In this document: positions 38,305-47,932 of the stretch, piece after piece
Position numbering within the stretch: position 1 is the stretch's first letter
Layout: each line of letters begins with the position of its first letter
IMG/VR virus record: IMGVR_UViG_3300035071_000150
Coordinates: 1 to 59,837 of that record
DNA: 59,837 bases
Direction: 5' to 3' (one strand)
Source: a virus
Lineage: Duplodnaviria > Caudoviricetes
Position numbers and translations under genes: made by a program
The notes under the pieces: model-generated
What the model saw: only the letters and a program-made list of their open reading frames with translations
Database searches by the model: none
Told to the model about the DNA's origin: nothing

Positions 38305-38560
38305 TCGGGTTGGTTTGAGACGCTAACCCGCATTTCGTCTGATCCCGGTCGCTATCCGGTCACGCCTAAAGCTACTCGCGCATTTCTGTCCAGCGCGATA
38401 GGACTAAGCTTTCGAGCGGGCTACGAAGCCTTGATCACTCAAGGCTCACACTCACCGTAATGAGATGCCGCCGCTGGAACCAGCTCGAAACTGTCTCCGC
38501 CCTTTCCGCGTCGTCTCCCGATAGGCGGCTTAAACCATCGGGATGACGAGCGGGAGGGCG
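38305..38560 (-). ncRNA. Putative structured RNA in the late leader
   Basis: At least five visible stems in an ORF-free region (see findings). Confidence 0.4.
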
Positions 38561-38594
38561 AAACGCGAAACGCCCGCAGCACTTAGCGCGGGCG
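38560..38594 (-). terminator. tR'-like terminator
   Basis: CGCCCGC/GCGGGCG stem (38571-38594) followed on the minus strand by TTTCGCGTTT. Confidence 0.55.
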
Positions 38595-38617
38595 AAATTC
38601 CTCTTATCTCAAATCGC

Positions 38618-38646
38618 ACGATAAATCCCCGCGAAATACTTGTCAA
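38618..38646 (-). promoter_or_regulatory. Late promoter (pR'-like)
   Basis: TTGACA (38646-38641), 17 nt spacer, TATCGT (38623-38618), right after the Q-position gene. Confidence 0.65.
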
Positions 38647-38676
38647 GCCTGCGTTTTCGATTTTGCGCTAAATTCG

Positions 38677-39330
38677 TCACGCGCTCAACCGAACCGGCTC
38701 CACAAGGGCTTCCTCGCCTGGGAGTCTCCTTTGCCGTGCGCTCATGTCGATTGCCTTCTCGTCATGCCCCTGCAACTTGAATTCGATGACGAGCGCCGAT
38801 AACCCCTGATAGATTAGCTCGGCTTGGTATAAGCTCGTTATTTCCTTGCCTCGCAACGCCTCTTTCGTGGCGCTGGATACGCCGGGCGTTTTGCACTGGC
38901 CCAACACGCTTTCCAACCGCATCAACTTCTCGGTCGCGCGTCCAACCGTTTCGTCGTCTGGATCATCCGCGAGGGATTTTCCGTGAGTCTCGCCAATGAC
39001 TATACCTTGCGGATTTCGTTGGACATTTAACACGATTCTGTCGTATCCTTCAAGAATATTCAACGCGCGAAACGCCGCCTCCCACATGATGGCGGAAATG
39101 GCGCGGGGCTCACCGAGCGCGAACATGCGACCGATCGGAGATTCGAGTTTCGGTTCCTTGACGAGCGTCTGTATCACGAGTTTTGCCCTTTGCCAGTGCG
39201 CGATGCGTTCGAAGTCTCGATTCCGCTCTTCCGTCCGAGCGCGACGCCCAGCGGAATACTCGGAAGACATGATCTTGCCGTTCTCGTCTCGAATCGCCCC
39301 ATCTTTCCTGGGGCGCCCACGTTTAGCCAT
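38677..39330 (-). CDS. Putative late-gene regulator (Q position)
   Basis: 217 aa; MAKRGRPRK N-terminus; last gene before the late promoter. Confidence 0.6.
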   Translation of the reverse strand: MAKRGRPRKDGAIRDENGKIMSSEYSAGRRARTEERNRDFERIAHWQRAKLVIQTLVKEPKLESPIGRMFALGEPRAISAIMWEAAFRALNILEGYDRIVLNVQRNPQGIVIGETHGKSLADDPDDETVGRATEKLMRLESVLGQCKTPGVSSATKEALRGKEITSLYQAELIYQGLSALVIEFKLQGHDEKAIDMSARQRRLPGEEALVEPVRLSA

Positions 39331-39384
39331 GTGATCTTTCCTTGCATTCGAGCGGGGAGACGCGGCGGGGTTACGCGGGGGGAA

Positions 39385-40895
39385 TTAACGTAGCTTGTCA
39401 GGGAAACTCAGAGGCGAGCCGTAGAGCGCTTTGGCCACCTCGGTTGCTAGCGGGCCGCTTACGCGCCTGTCGCCCCGCTTTGCGCTCGATGGCGGGGCCT
39501 TGCGTTCTCGCCTGCCCGGTTCGATCTTGGCGTGCGTGACCGTGAAGCTCGGCGGCTTCCGTTTCATTCGTGGTCTTCGCGTTCCGGCGCCAAGTATCCG
39601 ACTATCGAACAAATCGCCTCAATGAATTCGTAGGCGTTCTCGATAACTCGGTCGGTTTGGTAAATCGTCTCCGAGCATCTGATCCGCTGCTTTGCGACAA
39701 ACAACCGACACACACTCCAAAGATTTTCCTTCGCCTCATTGATCGGCTCTCGCGGCACGATCACGAACCCCGCTTCGTTGAGAGCGGCGATATGCGCGGC
39801 GATGGCCGCGCGGGCGTATTTGCGCTTCGCCTCGATATGGCTTTCGTGGTAGCCTTCAACGCTTGGATCGGCGTCGATTAGCGCCAGAGCCACGCGCTCG
39901 ATCATCTCGTTGCTCATGGTCACGCCCCTCATTGATGGTAGTCTTCCGCGACGACCTCGCGTGCCTCGCGCTCTCGTTTCACAATCCAATAATTGCACTT
40001 GTCGCGAAACTCTTGCGCGCTACTCATCGCGGCGCCACACGTGATTGCATCGTCTATCTTGCGCCGCCAGTAGCCGCGCTCGGCGTATAATTGATCGAGC
40101 GTTTGGTCGCCCCAAGGAATGTTTGGCTTGACCGCCAAGGAAGGGGGAAGATCGCTAGCTACCTTTTTCGTGGCGTCGGGAATATGGTTGTCAACTGGAC
40201 AATATTGCGCCACAACTGTATGATAATTCTCAGGGTTAACCCCTGGCGCTGCGTCAGGCGCAGGATTTTTCCAACCCAAGGATTCGGCTTGTTTTGCGGG
40301 CTCATCACCGAGCCTGATTTCCAACCCGGCCCGAATGTCCTTCACCATTTGCGGAATGTCGGAATCGTAAATCACCCCGATGATCTTGGCTTTGTCAGGA
40401 CGATAACCGATTAGATTGGATAGGGCGGTGAGTAAGCTGCGCTCGATTAGGTCGGTCATGGGGTTTCCTCTCGTTCTCTCGGGAGATTGACCGGCGCTAG
40501 GCTCACCGGCTTGTCACGCTTCGCCGCCGACATTCGACCAGTGGCGACGGCCTGCTTGCGGGTGCCGGCCACGAGTTTCGTTAATCGGTCTTTTTTTGGC
40601 TTCTCGACTAGCATTGTCTAGTTCCCGATCTTTTTCAGGCTATTCCGCCAGATTTATCTAATTGAGCCAAGACCTGCCTGTTCCCATATTCTATATTCTC
40701 TGAGACAACTTTCATTGCCATTTCTGGCGTCACACGGCGCTGGTCCTGCATTGCAACTATCTTCCCGACCATGTTGCTGGCGATAGCAAGCATTTCGAGT
40801 GCGTTCATTTTTCCAGCGTGTTTGTCCAGCAGCGCACAAAGGTCTTGGTATGCGATCTCATGTTCTGGCCAAGCCGATTGAACTTTCGTCTTCAT
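39385..40895 (-). CDS. nin-like small ORFs (39385-39567, 39564-39917, 39929-40459, 40635-40895)
   Basis: Operon orientation; MIERVA...IVPREP motif in 39564-39917. Confidence 0.55.
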
Positions 40896-41218
40896 GTCCC
40901 GACCTTCTCTTTCGTCCCGGCCCATACGAACTCTCCATCTTCGCCGACGGGGAAATGCGTTCCACAATGGCAGCAAAATGTCCCGCTGTAGAAGTCAGGT
41001 TGGCGCGCGTATGTTTCTGCGAGCGTTTGACCCATGGTGGTCACGCCTCGGCATTTCAGGTGCACGTAGGAGCGCCGCACGGGACGCACGAAGCCCTTGG
41101 CGCGCTCTTCCTCGGCGAGAACGACATAGCCTTCTTGCTGGCCGTTTTCTTTCAGAGTGGTATGCCCAGGATAAATTTGCGTCCCGTCAGAGAGTGTCTT
41201 GCGTGGTTCATTGTCCAT
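40892..41218 (-). CDS. Conserved-looking phage Zn-binding protein of unknown function
   Basis: GFVRPVRRSYVH..C...TTM...AETYAR.P.FY.GTFCCHC..HFPVG..GEFVW. Confidence 0.75.
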   Translation of the reverse strand: MDNEPRKTLSDGTQIYPGHTTLKENGQQEGYVVLAEEERAKGFVRPVRRSYVHLKCRGVTTMGQTLAETYARQPDFYSGTFCCHCGTHFPVGEDGEFVWAGTKEKVGT

Positions 41219-41236
41219 TGTTTCTCTCCATTACGA

Positions 41237-41908
41237 TCATCGTCCCCACCTGACGGCCTCTTCTCGGTAATTGTAGAACCGCTCCGCCCTAAGCTCCCGC
41301 GCCGCCGTGCGGGGCTTCTCAATCGCCGCCCGCTGCGCCGCCTCCTTGGCCTTCTTCTCGCGTTCCTTGCGCATCTCCCAACCGCCTTGATCAAGGTATC
41401 GCTGGTTGTCGCGCTGTCGATATTCGGCGTAGCCCGGATCGATATGCCTTCGGATCGTATGGACCGCGACGCCAAACTCTCTCTCGATTGCTCGCCACGA
41501 TGCGCCATCGGCCTTCATGGCCTTCGCCTTTTCAGCCCAAGCCGGCGGCTCCTTGTGGGTGAAATTGATCGATCGAATGTCAACCCGGATTTTGTTGCGA
41601 GCGAGCCATTTCGCCACCGTGGTTTCACCAACGCCGATGGCGCGGGCGATTATCTCGATCGTGGCGCCATCCTTGCGCAGTTCGATGGCGCGGGGAATCC
41701 AGTCTGGGCCAACGAATGTCATGGTCTGTCTTTTCTCGCATTCGATTGGCGGCGTCGGTCCAGGCGGATACCTATCAAGCCAGCGTTTAACGCCCTCTTG
41801 GCCGGCGCCAACCGCCGCCGCGATCTTCCGCTGCGAGACGCCAGCGGCTTTCATCGCTTGGGCGCGGGGGAGCCATTCTGGAGGGTTGCGAGGCGGGGTG
41901 ATGGTCAT
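41237..41908 (-). CDS. Triple-HTH repeat protein
   Basis: Three W..(R/K)A..(M/L)..G.(S/T)...I..... HTH-like repeats. Confidence 0.72.
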   Translation of the reverse strand: MTITPPRNPPEWLPRAQAMKAAGVSQRKIAAAVGAGQEGVKRWLDRYPPGPTPPIECEKRQTMTFVGPDWIPRAIELRKDGATIEIIARAIGVGETTVAKWLARNKIRVDIRSINFTHKEPPAWAEKAKAMKADGASWRAIEREFGVAVHTIRRHIDPGYAEYRQRDNQRYLDQGGWEMRKEREKKAKEAAQRAAIEKPRTAARELRAERFYNYREEAVRWGR

Positions 41909-42822
41909 GCAACCTCCAATTTTTTGCCGGCGTTCTCGGCCAGCCAGCGTTTAATTTTCGGATTCTCGTCAGGCGGATCGCCCCATTGCGGCGCCCACGA
42001 TTGCGGGTTTTCGCGCCACTTCTCGACGGCTCGGCGAAGGTTGTCTTCTGGCATCGGATACATGCTGCCAATGTCGATTTTCCGCCCCACATCGGGAGGT
42101 TTTTGCGGACATTTTGCAAACGCTTCGGCGATCGCTTTATCGAACCAGCGCAGGCCCTTATCCTTCGCCGCCGGCAGTTTTGATCGAATGACCGAAAGGC
42201 ACAGATCGGCGGGGAACCCTTGGGCCAGCCAGACAGCAACCTCGCCGGTTGCGGGCGGGACACCGGCGCCGGCAGCGCGATAGGCGTCGCAAATAGCGAC
42301 CCGAAGTTTCATTTCCTCGGTTTCAGCCTTCGGAGCGCGCGCGGGTTCAACAACGCTCGCTGGAAGGTTATCTCCTATATCCCTCCTTCCTCCTTCCTCC
42401 TTCCTCTGCGACTCTTTTTCCGTAGGGCCAGGGGACGGCTGGGGGACGGCTGGGGTAGCAATGGCGGAATGGCGCTCTTTTGATCCAGTGAATTTCGCCA
42501 TTGCTGGGGAAATGTCAAAGCGGAACGACGGGTTTTTTGGTCGCTGATAACGTCCAAAGTTGCGGATATACCCGTAGGGCTTCCCCTCTACTTCCTCAAT
42601 CCTCACGCAGTCTAGCTTGACAAACTCCGCGAGGATTTCCGCGAAGTCGAGATTGTCTGCGGGGAAAATGCGCGCCTTCAAAACGATTGGCTTCCACTCG
42701 AAAGCGCCGCTGTCGTCGCATTCCGTCCACAACAACGGCCACGCGGCCTTTGCCGCCATGCTCATTGACATATAAATCTCATCCGACGCGAGGCCGGGAT
42801 GGATTGATCGGATACGCGCCAT
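41905..42822 (-). CDS. Replication initiation protein (lambda O analog)
   Basis: MARIRSIHP...LWTECDD.G N-terminus typical of phage replisome organisers; adjacent to DnaB. Confidence 0.8.
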   Translation of the reverse strand: MARIRSIHPGLASDEIYMSMSMAAKAAWPLLWTECDDSGAFEWKPIVLKARIFPADNLDFAEILAEFVKLDCVRIEEVEGKPYGYIRNFGRYQRPKNPSFRFDISPAMAKFTGSKERHSAIATPAVPQPSPGPTEKESQRKEEGGRRDIGDNLPASVVEPARAPKAETEEMKLRVAICDAYRAAGAGVPPATGEVAVWLAQGFPADLCLSVIRSKLPAAKDKGLRWFDKAIAEAFAKCPQKPPDVGRKIDIGSMYPMPEDNLRRAVEKWRENPQSWAPQWGDPPDENPKIKRWLAENAGKKLEVA

Positions 42823-45269
42823 TACCGCTCCCGTCCTGAAATGAAGCTCGCCGCCGGGTCGCAAAACAGCTTGACCATCTTCGTCGGCCCCGTCCGCACC
42901 TTGGCGCAAATCACGTCAAGGTCGTTCTTGATCGTCTCGAAATGGTCGATCGCCACGGGATCGTTCGCGATGTATTCCGGCGAGCGCACGGCGTAATAGG
43001 CTTCCCGGTAGAGGAAGTTCACCACGTCGGCGCATTGCTCGATGTCGCCGCTGTTGCGGAGGTCTTGCAGCTGCGGGCGCCGGTCATTGGCGGCGCGGCC
43101 CTCGACCTGTCGGTTGAGTTGGCAAAACAGGTGAATTTGCACCTTCTCGCGCCGCGCCAGCGCCTTCAACCCGGTCATGATCTCGAAAATCTCTTGCACG
43201 CGGTTGCCGGAATAGCGGTCGGTCGCGTCGAGATAGTCGAGATGGTCGATCATCACCACGGCGAGGCGAATGTCGCGCGCCGCGAGGCGGGACTTGACCT
43301 GTTTGATGCGGGCTCCGAGCCGCGCCAAGGTGATGCGTTCGGAATCGTCGATCACGAGCGGAAGATCGCGCAACCGCTGCCATGCCTTCGCGACGCGGGC
43401 GCGGTCGGTTTCGTGCGGCAAATCCCGGTCAAGAATGCGCGAGAAGAAAATCGCGTTCGACGACGAATAGGCCAAGTCCGCCAGATGGCGCGAGACCGCC
43501 TGATCCTTTCCGTTCTCTAATGGGAACTCCAGAACGCCAAGGCCGGTTTGCGCGATGCGCCGAGCGGCAGACGTGGCGAATATGCTGTTGTGCGTAACAA
43601 TATAATCATCGGTGACGTAAAGCCGTGACGGATGAGAAACCGAAATGCAGACGCACTCTTCCTCTTCGTGAGGTGTGATGGACTCGATAGTTGTCACTCT
43701 GAACCAAGAGCGGTCGGCAACGCGCTCCTTTTTCCGCGCCAGATGGAACGCATCCTCAATTCCGGCGCCAGAAATACAAATCTGATGGCAGTCTAATTTC
43801 TGTTCGCGCCCACCATTACCATCATGCACGAATGAAGGTTTTACAATTCTGCTTGTCCAATATCCGAGCGACCACGCAAGCTGGCAAACATCGTCTGCCA
43901 ATCCGCTCGAAGCTGTCGCATAATATGCCGAGCCGTTCTTTTCCGCCCACCCGTCTGTGTCCATCAGTCCACGAAGAAGTTCGACGCGCGAGCGGCGGCT
44001 AGCGGATAGATAAACATCCGGGATTCTTTTTTCTTCGGCTCTCTTGCCCGTCATGCCAAGTTCGCGGAGCGCCGACATAAATACGTTCTCGCCATTGCCA
44101 GCCGCGCCGCTAATTCTGTAACAAAAGTCGCCGCATTTCTTTGATGTTACTCTGACCGGCAAAAGGCTATTGAGCCGATCAATTGTCTCATCGTCAGCAG
44201 TGGAGAATAAAGGTGTGGCGTGCATCGTGCTGCCGTTACCTATCATCGCCCCCACCAGCCATGGGTCGATTGACAAAAATTCATCATGCCCGAAATTACC
44301 GGAAACGCGCCGAACGGCCAAGCGGCTCTGATACCGCTTGCGAGTGAGCATCACTATTAGTTTCGCGGTGCTGACAACGCGCGGCGAATCCCAGTCTCTA
44401 TATTTTACTTCCCAGAGATGGTCGGAACAACAAAACGTCTCGCGTCCGTCGGATAGCCTGACGCGATAGGTCAGAAGGCGACCGCGAGGATAGACCGCCG
44501 TAACGATGTTTTCGGTCCCATCTATCGAGGCGAGGCGGTCTCCGACTTTGACAGAGGAGAAATCAGTCCATCCCGTCTTCGTCTTTATCTTGCAATGGAG
44601 CGGTTGAGCCTTTCCCGCGCCTGGGCGACCAGCGGTAACGACAACTTCGCCAGGACGGTATCGCGTAACTTTATCGAGCGGATCAAACCCCGTCGTGAAT
44701 GTCTCGAAACGAAGCTCTCCCGCTTGAACCCTGTCGATTTCATCAATAATCCCTCCCGCTATGTCTCCAGCCCACGCCACGGACGATCGGTCGTCGGCGT
44801 CGAGTATCGGGCGCGTCGTCTCGGAAAACCAATCCAGCGCCTTCGCTGGGCTTTCCGTCACCGGCATGTTGCGGGCGGACGCGCACAATTCAGCCGACGC
44901 AGCGATAATGGCGCGACGATGGGCTAGGTCACGCACGACGGTCGCGTAATCCGGCGCGTTGATGATCGGGGGCGCCTCAGCGCAAAGATGCGCGAGATAT
45001 GCGCGCATGTTCTGGCCTTCCGGCATTTGGACATGCGCGAATGCGTCCTTCAACGTGACGACGTTCGCGACCTTGCCGGCGCCGACAGCTTCGGTTATCG
45101 CTTGATAGACCGCGCCGTGGACCGGATCGGCGAAATGCTCGACTTGCAGAATGCCTATGACGTGCGCGACAGCTTCGTTCCGCATGAGACACGCGCCCAA
45201 GACGGCTTGCTCGGCTTCGAGATTGCAAGGGCCTAGATCGGTCGGTGGGACGCTATTTTGTGCGGTCAT
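42822..45269 (-). CDS. dnaB: DnaB-like replicative helicase containing an intein
   Basis: EAEQAVLG, AGRPGAGK|S, IDHL, QLNR.VE.R, DLRNSGDIEQ.AD. Confidence 0.93.
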   Translation of the reverse strand: MTAQNSVPPTDLGPCNLEAEQAVLGACLMRNEAVAHVIGILQVEHFADPVHGAVYQAITEAVGAGKVANVVTLKDAFAHVQMPEGQNMRAYLAHLCAEAPPIINAPDYATVVRDLAHRRAIIAASAELCASARNMPVTESPAKALDWFSETTRPILDADDRSSVAWAGDIAGGIIDEIDRVQAGELRFETFTTGFDPLDKVTRYRPGEVVVTAGRPGAGKAQPLHCKIKTKTGWTDFSSVKVGDRLASIDGTENIVTAVYPRGRLLTYRVRLSDGRETFCCSDHLWEVKYRDWDSPRVVSTAKLIVMLTRKRYQSRLAVRRVSGNFGHDEFLSIDPWLVGAMIGNGSTMHATPLFSTADDETIDRLNSLLPVRVTSKKCGDFCYRISGAAGNGENVFMSALRELGMTGKRAEEKRIPDVYLSASRRSRVELLRGLMDTDGWAEKNGSAYYATASSGLADDVCQLAWSLGYWTSRIVKPSFVHDGNGGREQKLDCHQICISGAGIEDAFHLARKKERVADRSWFRVTTIESITPHEEEECVCISVSHPSRLYVTDDYIVTHNSIFATSAARRIAQTGLGVLEFPLENGKDQAVSRHLADLAYSSSNAIFFSRILDRDLPHETDRARVAKAWQRLRDLPLVIDDSERITLARLGARIKQVKSRLAARDIRLAVVMIDHLDYLDATDRYSGNRVQEIFEIMTGLKALARREKVQIHLFCQLNRQVEGRAANDRRPQLQDLRNSGDIEQCADVVNFLYREAYYAVRSPEYIANDPVAIDHFETIKNDLDVICAKVRTGPTKMVKLFCDPAASFISGRER
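43587..44609 (-). mobile_element. Intein with LAGLIDADG homing endonuclease (341 aa)
   Basis: Inserted in the P-loop: GK|AQPL...VTHN|S; GAMIGNG and LLRGLMDTDG blocks. Confidence 0.92.
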
Positions 45270-45422
45270 CGTTCCCCGCGCTGGGCTTGAGGTTGGCCAG
45301 AACGCGGGCGGCAACACAGTCTAAACGATCGAACGTATCGGGCGCTTCGTCTTCGGGCGCGACTTCCTTCAACGCCAAATCGTCGAGGATCGCTTGCTGT
45401 TCGTAAAAGCGCATGAGATCGT

Positions 45423-45827
45423 TCATTCTGCCGCTCCATTGTTGAGAGCGGACAGGGGCGTTCTATGCGCGAACAGGACTTGTGTTGGCGTCTCGGCTAT
45501 AATCTCGTCAGGAACGAATTTAACAACGGAGAAACCGAACTTGAACAGCCGGCGCAGTTCCGTCCGAGAGAACCATGATCGAAGCTGTTGCTCGGAAACG
45601 CATCCAACCCCGGCGTGCATTCCCTCAGGGATAAGTTCGCCTAATCGTCTCGGATCAATTCCAAGTTCCCAGTAGATCGGCGGATGCGTTCCAACATCGA
45701 CGCCAGTGTCTTCTATCCATTGTTTGGTGAAGCCTGGGCGAAACGGGCCGCGCCCCTCCGAATCTTGGACCCGGAAAACATGCTTTACACGAGATAAATT
45801 TTGGGCTTTGTTTGAATCGGTCTTCAT
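45423..45827 (-). CDS. Hypothetical protein
   Basis: FRVQD..GRGPFRPG...GC.S..QL..WF...Q.LF. Confidence 0.65.
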   Translation of the reverse strand: MKTDSNKAQNLSRVKHVFRVQDSEGRGPFRPGFTKQWIEDTGVDVGTHPPIYWELGIDPRRLGELIPEGMHAGVGCVSEQQLRSWFSRTELRRLFKFGFSVVKFVPDEIIAETPTQVLFAHRTPLSALNNGAAE

Positions 45828-45972
45828 CGAACTACCTCACTCGTTGTTCGGTGGTGGCAAGTCGGCGCGAGGGATTCCAGCCCTCGCGTTCGGCGCGTTT
45901 CAAGATAGCACAAATGACGAACGCCGCGAAGTGTTTTCGCCGCGAACTCGCATGAATTTCCGGAGATTGCGG

Positions 45973-46299
45973 TCATTCCGCTGTCCTCCGGGTATCCCAA
46001 TACGTCAGGCTTGGCGTGACAATCGAATATGAGTTTTGCGCCAATGCGTCGCGGAGCTTGTCCGCGAGGGCGACCGCCTTTTCAAACACCTCCTCATCCA
46101 TCGCCGGGAATCTCGGATAGTTGATAAGACCAACGCGGAAACCGGCTTCTTCGCCGCCAGTGTAAATAAAATCGACAGGCTCTATTGTCACGCAAAGGCC
46201 GATATCAAGAACATAGGAGCGGATGATCTGCTTGGCGTGCGCGATGTCGCCGGCCATGTAGATTTGCGCGGTGAATGTTTTCGTGGTCGCTTTAGGCAT
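45973..46299 (-). CDS. Hypothetical protein
   Basis: GLCVT....IYTGGEE.G..VGLINYPRFP; overlaps the upstream stop. Confidence 0.7.
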   Translation of the reverse strand: MPKATTKTFTAQIYMAGDIAHAKQIIRSYVLDIGLCVTIEPVDFIYTGGEEAGFRVGLINYPRFPAMDEEVFEKAVALADKLRDALAQNSYSIVTPSLTYWDTRRTAE

Positions 46300-47071
46300 C
46301 CATGGCCTCCAATTCCTGTTCCGCCATGAAGCAGAGCAGCGAGCATTCGCCTTTCGGCTCGTCTTCGAATTTCCCTCGCTTAGGGTCGAGCGCGTCAAGC
46401 GTGATGGGGGTTCCGTCATCTTCCCGCCAAAGCGCGCTTCCTTCACCAAGTCTGCGCTGGAGTGACGCCATCCGCTCGAATACGTCAGGAAAATCGACGC
46501 GGATCTTGTTCCAATATCCCATTCCGGCCTTGCAACAGCCGATGCAATTATTGTTATGATAACCAAGCCGATACATCTCCGGGACAGCTATTCCGGCGCG
46601 CTCTATCATCGCCAGGCAATCTGATTTCGTTAGCCCCGCATCGATCAGCGGAGTTTCGATGGAGATTTCAAAGTTCTGCTCTCTCAGTCGCGCGGCGCGC
46701 GCCACGTCAGGACCATCGGCGGTATATCCAAATACCGTGATATCGTCTGGCCTCGCGAATGCCATTGCTGGCTGTCTTTTAAGAAATCCCGTGCAAGGAG
46801 CTCCGGCGTGCGAGGTAATAAACCGCTCGCCCTCCCAAACAGCCCATGTGTCGGCATACTTGCCCTTCGGGAGGGTAATGATCTTAACGCCGAACCACCG
46901 CTCGCAGTCCATCAAGAACCGCGCGTTGTCGTGGCTCTCCGACCCGGGATCGCTATAAGTCACGACAACACGTTCTTTGCCGTATTTACGCAGGGTCAAT
47001 TTCGTTGCGACCGCGCTTGCGGCCCCGCAGGAGAATCGGCAAACGACGCGATGCCCAGGGATTAGGCTCAT
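46292..47071 (-). CDS. PAPS-reductase-like (PP-loop) protein
   Basis: FSCGAASAVA PP-loop; PCT..LK; MY.LGY.NNNCIGCCK; C-terminal C..C. Confidence 0.82.
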   Translation of the reverse strand: MSLIPGHRVVCRFSCGAASAVATKLTLRKYGKERVVVTYSDPGSESHDNARFLMDCERWFGVKIITLPKGKYADTWAVWEGERFITSHAGAPCTGFLKRQPAMAFARPDDITVFGYTADGPDVARAARLREQNFEISIETPLIDAGLTKSDCLAMIERAGIAVPEMYRLGYHNNNCIGCCKAGMGYWNKIRVDFPDVFERMASLQRRLGEGSALWREDDGTPITLDALDPKRGKFEDEPKGECSLLCFMAEQELEAMDA

Positions 47072-47145
47072 TCCGCGTCTTCCTTCCGTGAGAGGCCGGC
47101 GGCGAGGGCGGCGCCTGAGAACAGATCGAGCGCGAGCGGCTTCAT
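47068..47145 (-). pseudogene. Remnant N-terminus of a DNA cytosine methyltransferase
   Basis: MKPLALDLFSGA (motif I-like FxG) then stop after 25 aa; coupled both sides. Confidence 0.55.
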
Positions 47146-47330
47146 TGCGCTTCCTTCCCCGCCGCGACCCTGCGCCGCTCCGCGTCTTCGATCCGATCGC
47201 GGATGTAAGCCAGACGCGCGGCGTGTTCGGATTTCTCGGCTGTCGTGATATGCTTCGCCGTGTGGAGAAGGCGCGCGAGGGCGTCGCATGTTTCGAGTTG
47301 CGCGGGGGCGCTAAATTGGCGCTTCGTCAT
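47142..47330 (-). CDS. Hypothetical protein
   Basis: 62 aa; coupled. Confidence 0.5.
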   Translation of the reverse strand: MTKRQFSAPAQLETCDALARLLHTAKHITTAEKSEHAARLAYIRDRIEDAERRRVAAGKEAQ

Positions 47331-47932
47331 GCCGTCACCACGCCTGACGTGAACGGCGTTCCCGCGCGAGAGTTATTGCGCCTCGTCGCGCGTATCCTCG
47401 CCATCCGCGCCAACATCTCGGGATCGGGGCGCGATGACGCTCTCGCCATATGTTCGTCGCAGTAGACGCGCCCTTCAAATGTCTTGCCGCAACAGAAGTG
47501 GAAGCTCTCAGACAGGACCTCGCCAATCGGCCACTTGCACTCGCCATGCTTCAACGCGAGAACGGCGGCTCCCGCGCCAGTCGGCGCGTCAACCTTCGGC
47601 ATGGGCGCAAACAGCATCTCGACTGGCTCTAAAGCGGGCTGGATCATCGGGGCGACCTCCGGCGCTGGAGTGGTGGCGGGGTTCGGGTTCGGCGCTTCCT
47701 TTGGCTTCTTTGGCGTCTTTGGGGCCTTGTGCGGTCCAGCGGTCGCCATCAACGGGCGTCTCTTGCCGGGCTGGCATTGTGTCAGTTCGATATGGAGCCG
47801 ATGACGACGACCGATAACCATGTTTTTCGTGCATGACGCGCCAAGAACTGCCGCGATTTCTGGGTCGCCGCATCCCTGCTTGGCCAATCTCCGTAGCTCC
47901 GCGTCGCGGTCATCGTTCCAAAAACGGCTCAT
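47327..47932 (-). CDS. gcrA: GcrA-family regulator
   Basis: W.D.R..L....G....IA....TKN.VIG..HRL and CKWPIGE..FCC....YCDEH. Confidence 0.88.
   Translation of the reverse strand: MSRFWNDDRDAELRRLAKQGCGDPEIAAVLGASCTKNMVIGRRHRLHIELTQCQPGKRRPLMATAGPHKAPKTPKKPKEAPNPNPATTPAPEVAPMIQPALEPVEMLFAPMPKVDAPTGAGAAVLALKHGECKWPIGEVLSESFHFCCGKTFEGRVYCDEHMARASSRPDPEMLARMARIRATRRNNSRAGTPFTSGVVTA

Noticed and set aside
40799-42283. 494-aa + strand ORF, and similar long antisense ORFs (e.g. 23843-24721, 29683-30549, 50636-51598)
   Set aside because: Shadow frames of recognisable minus-strand genes in GC-rich DNA; no motifs.
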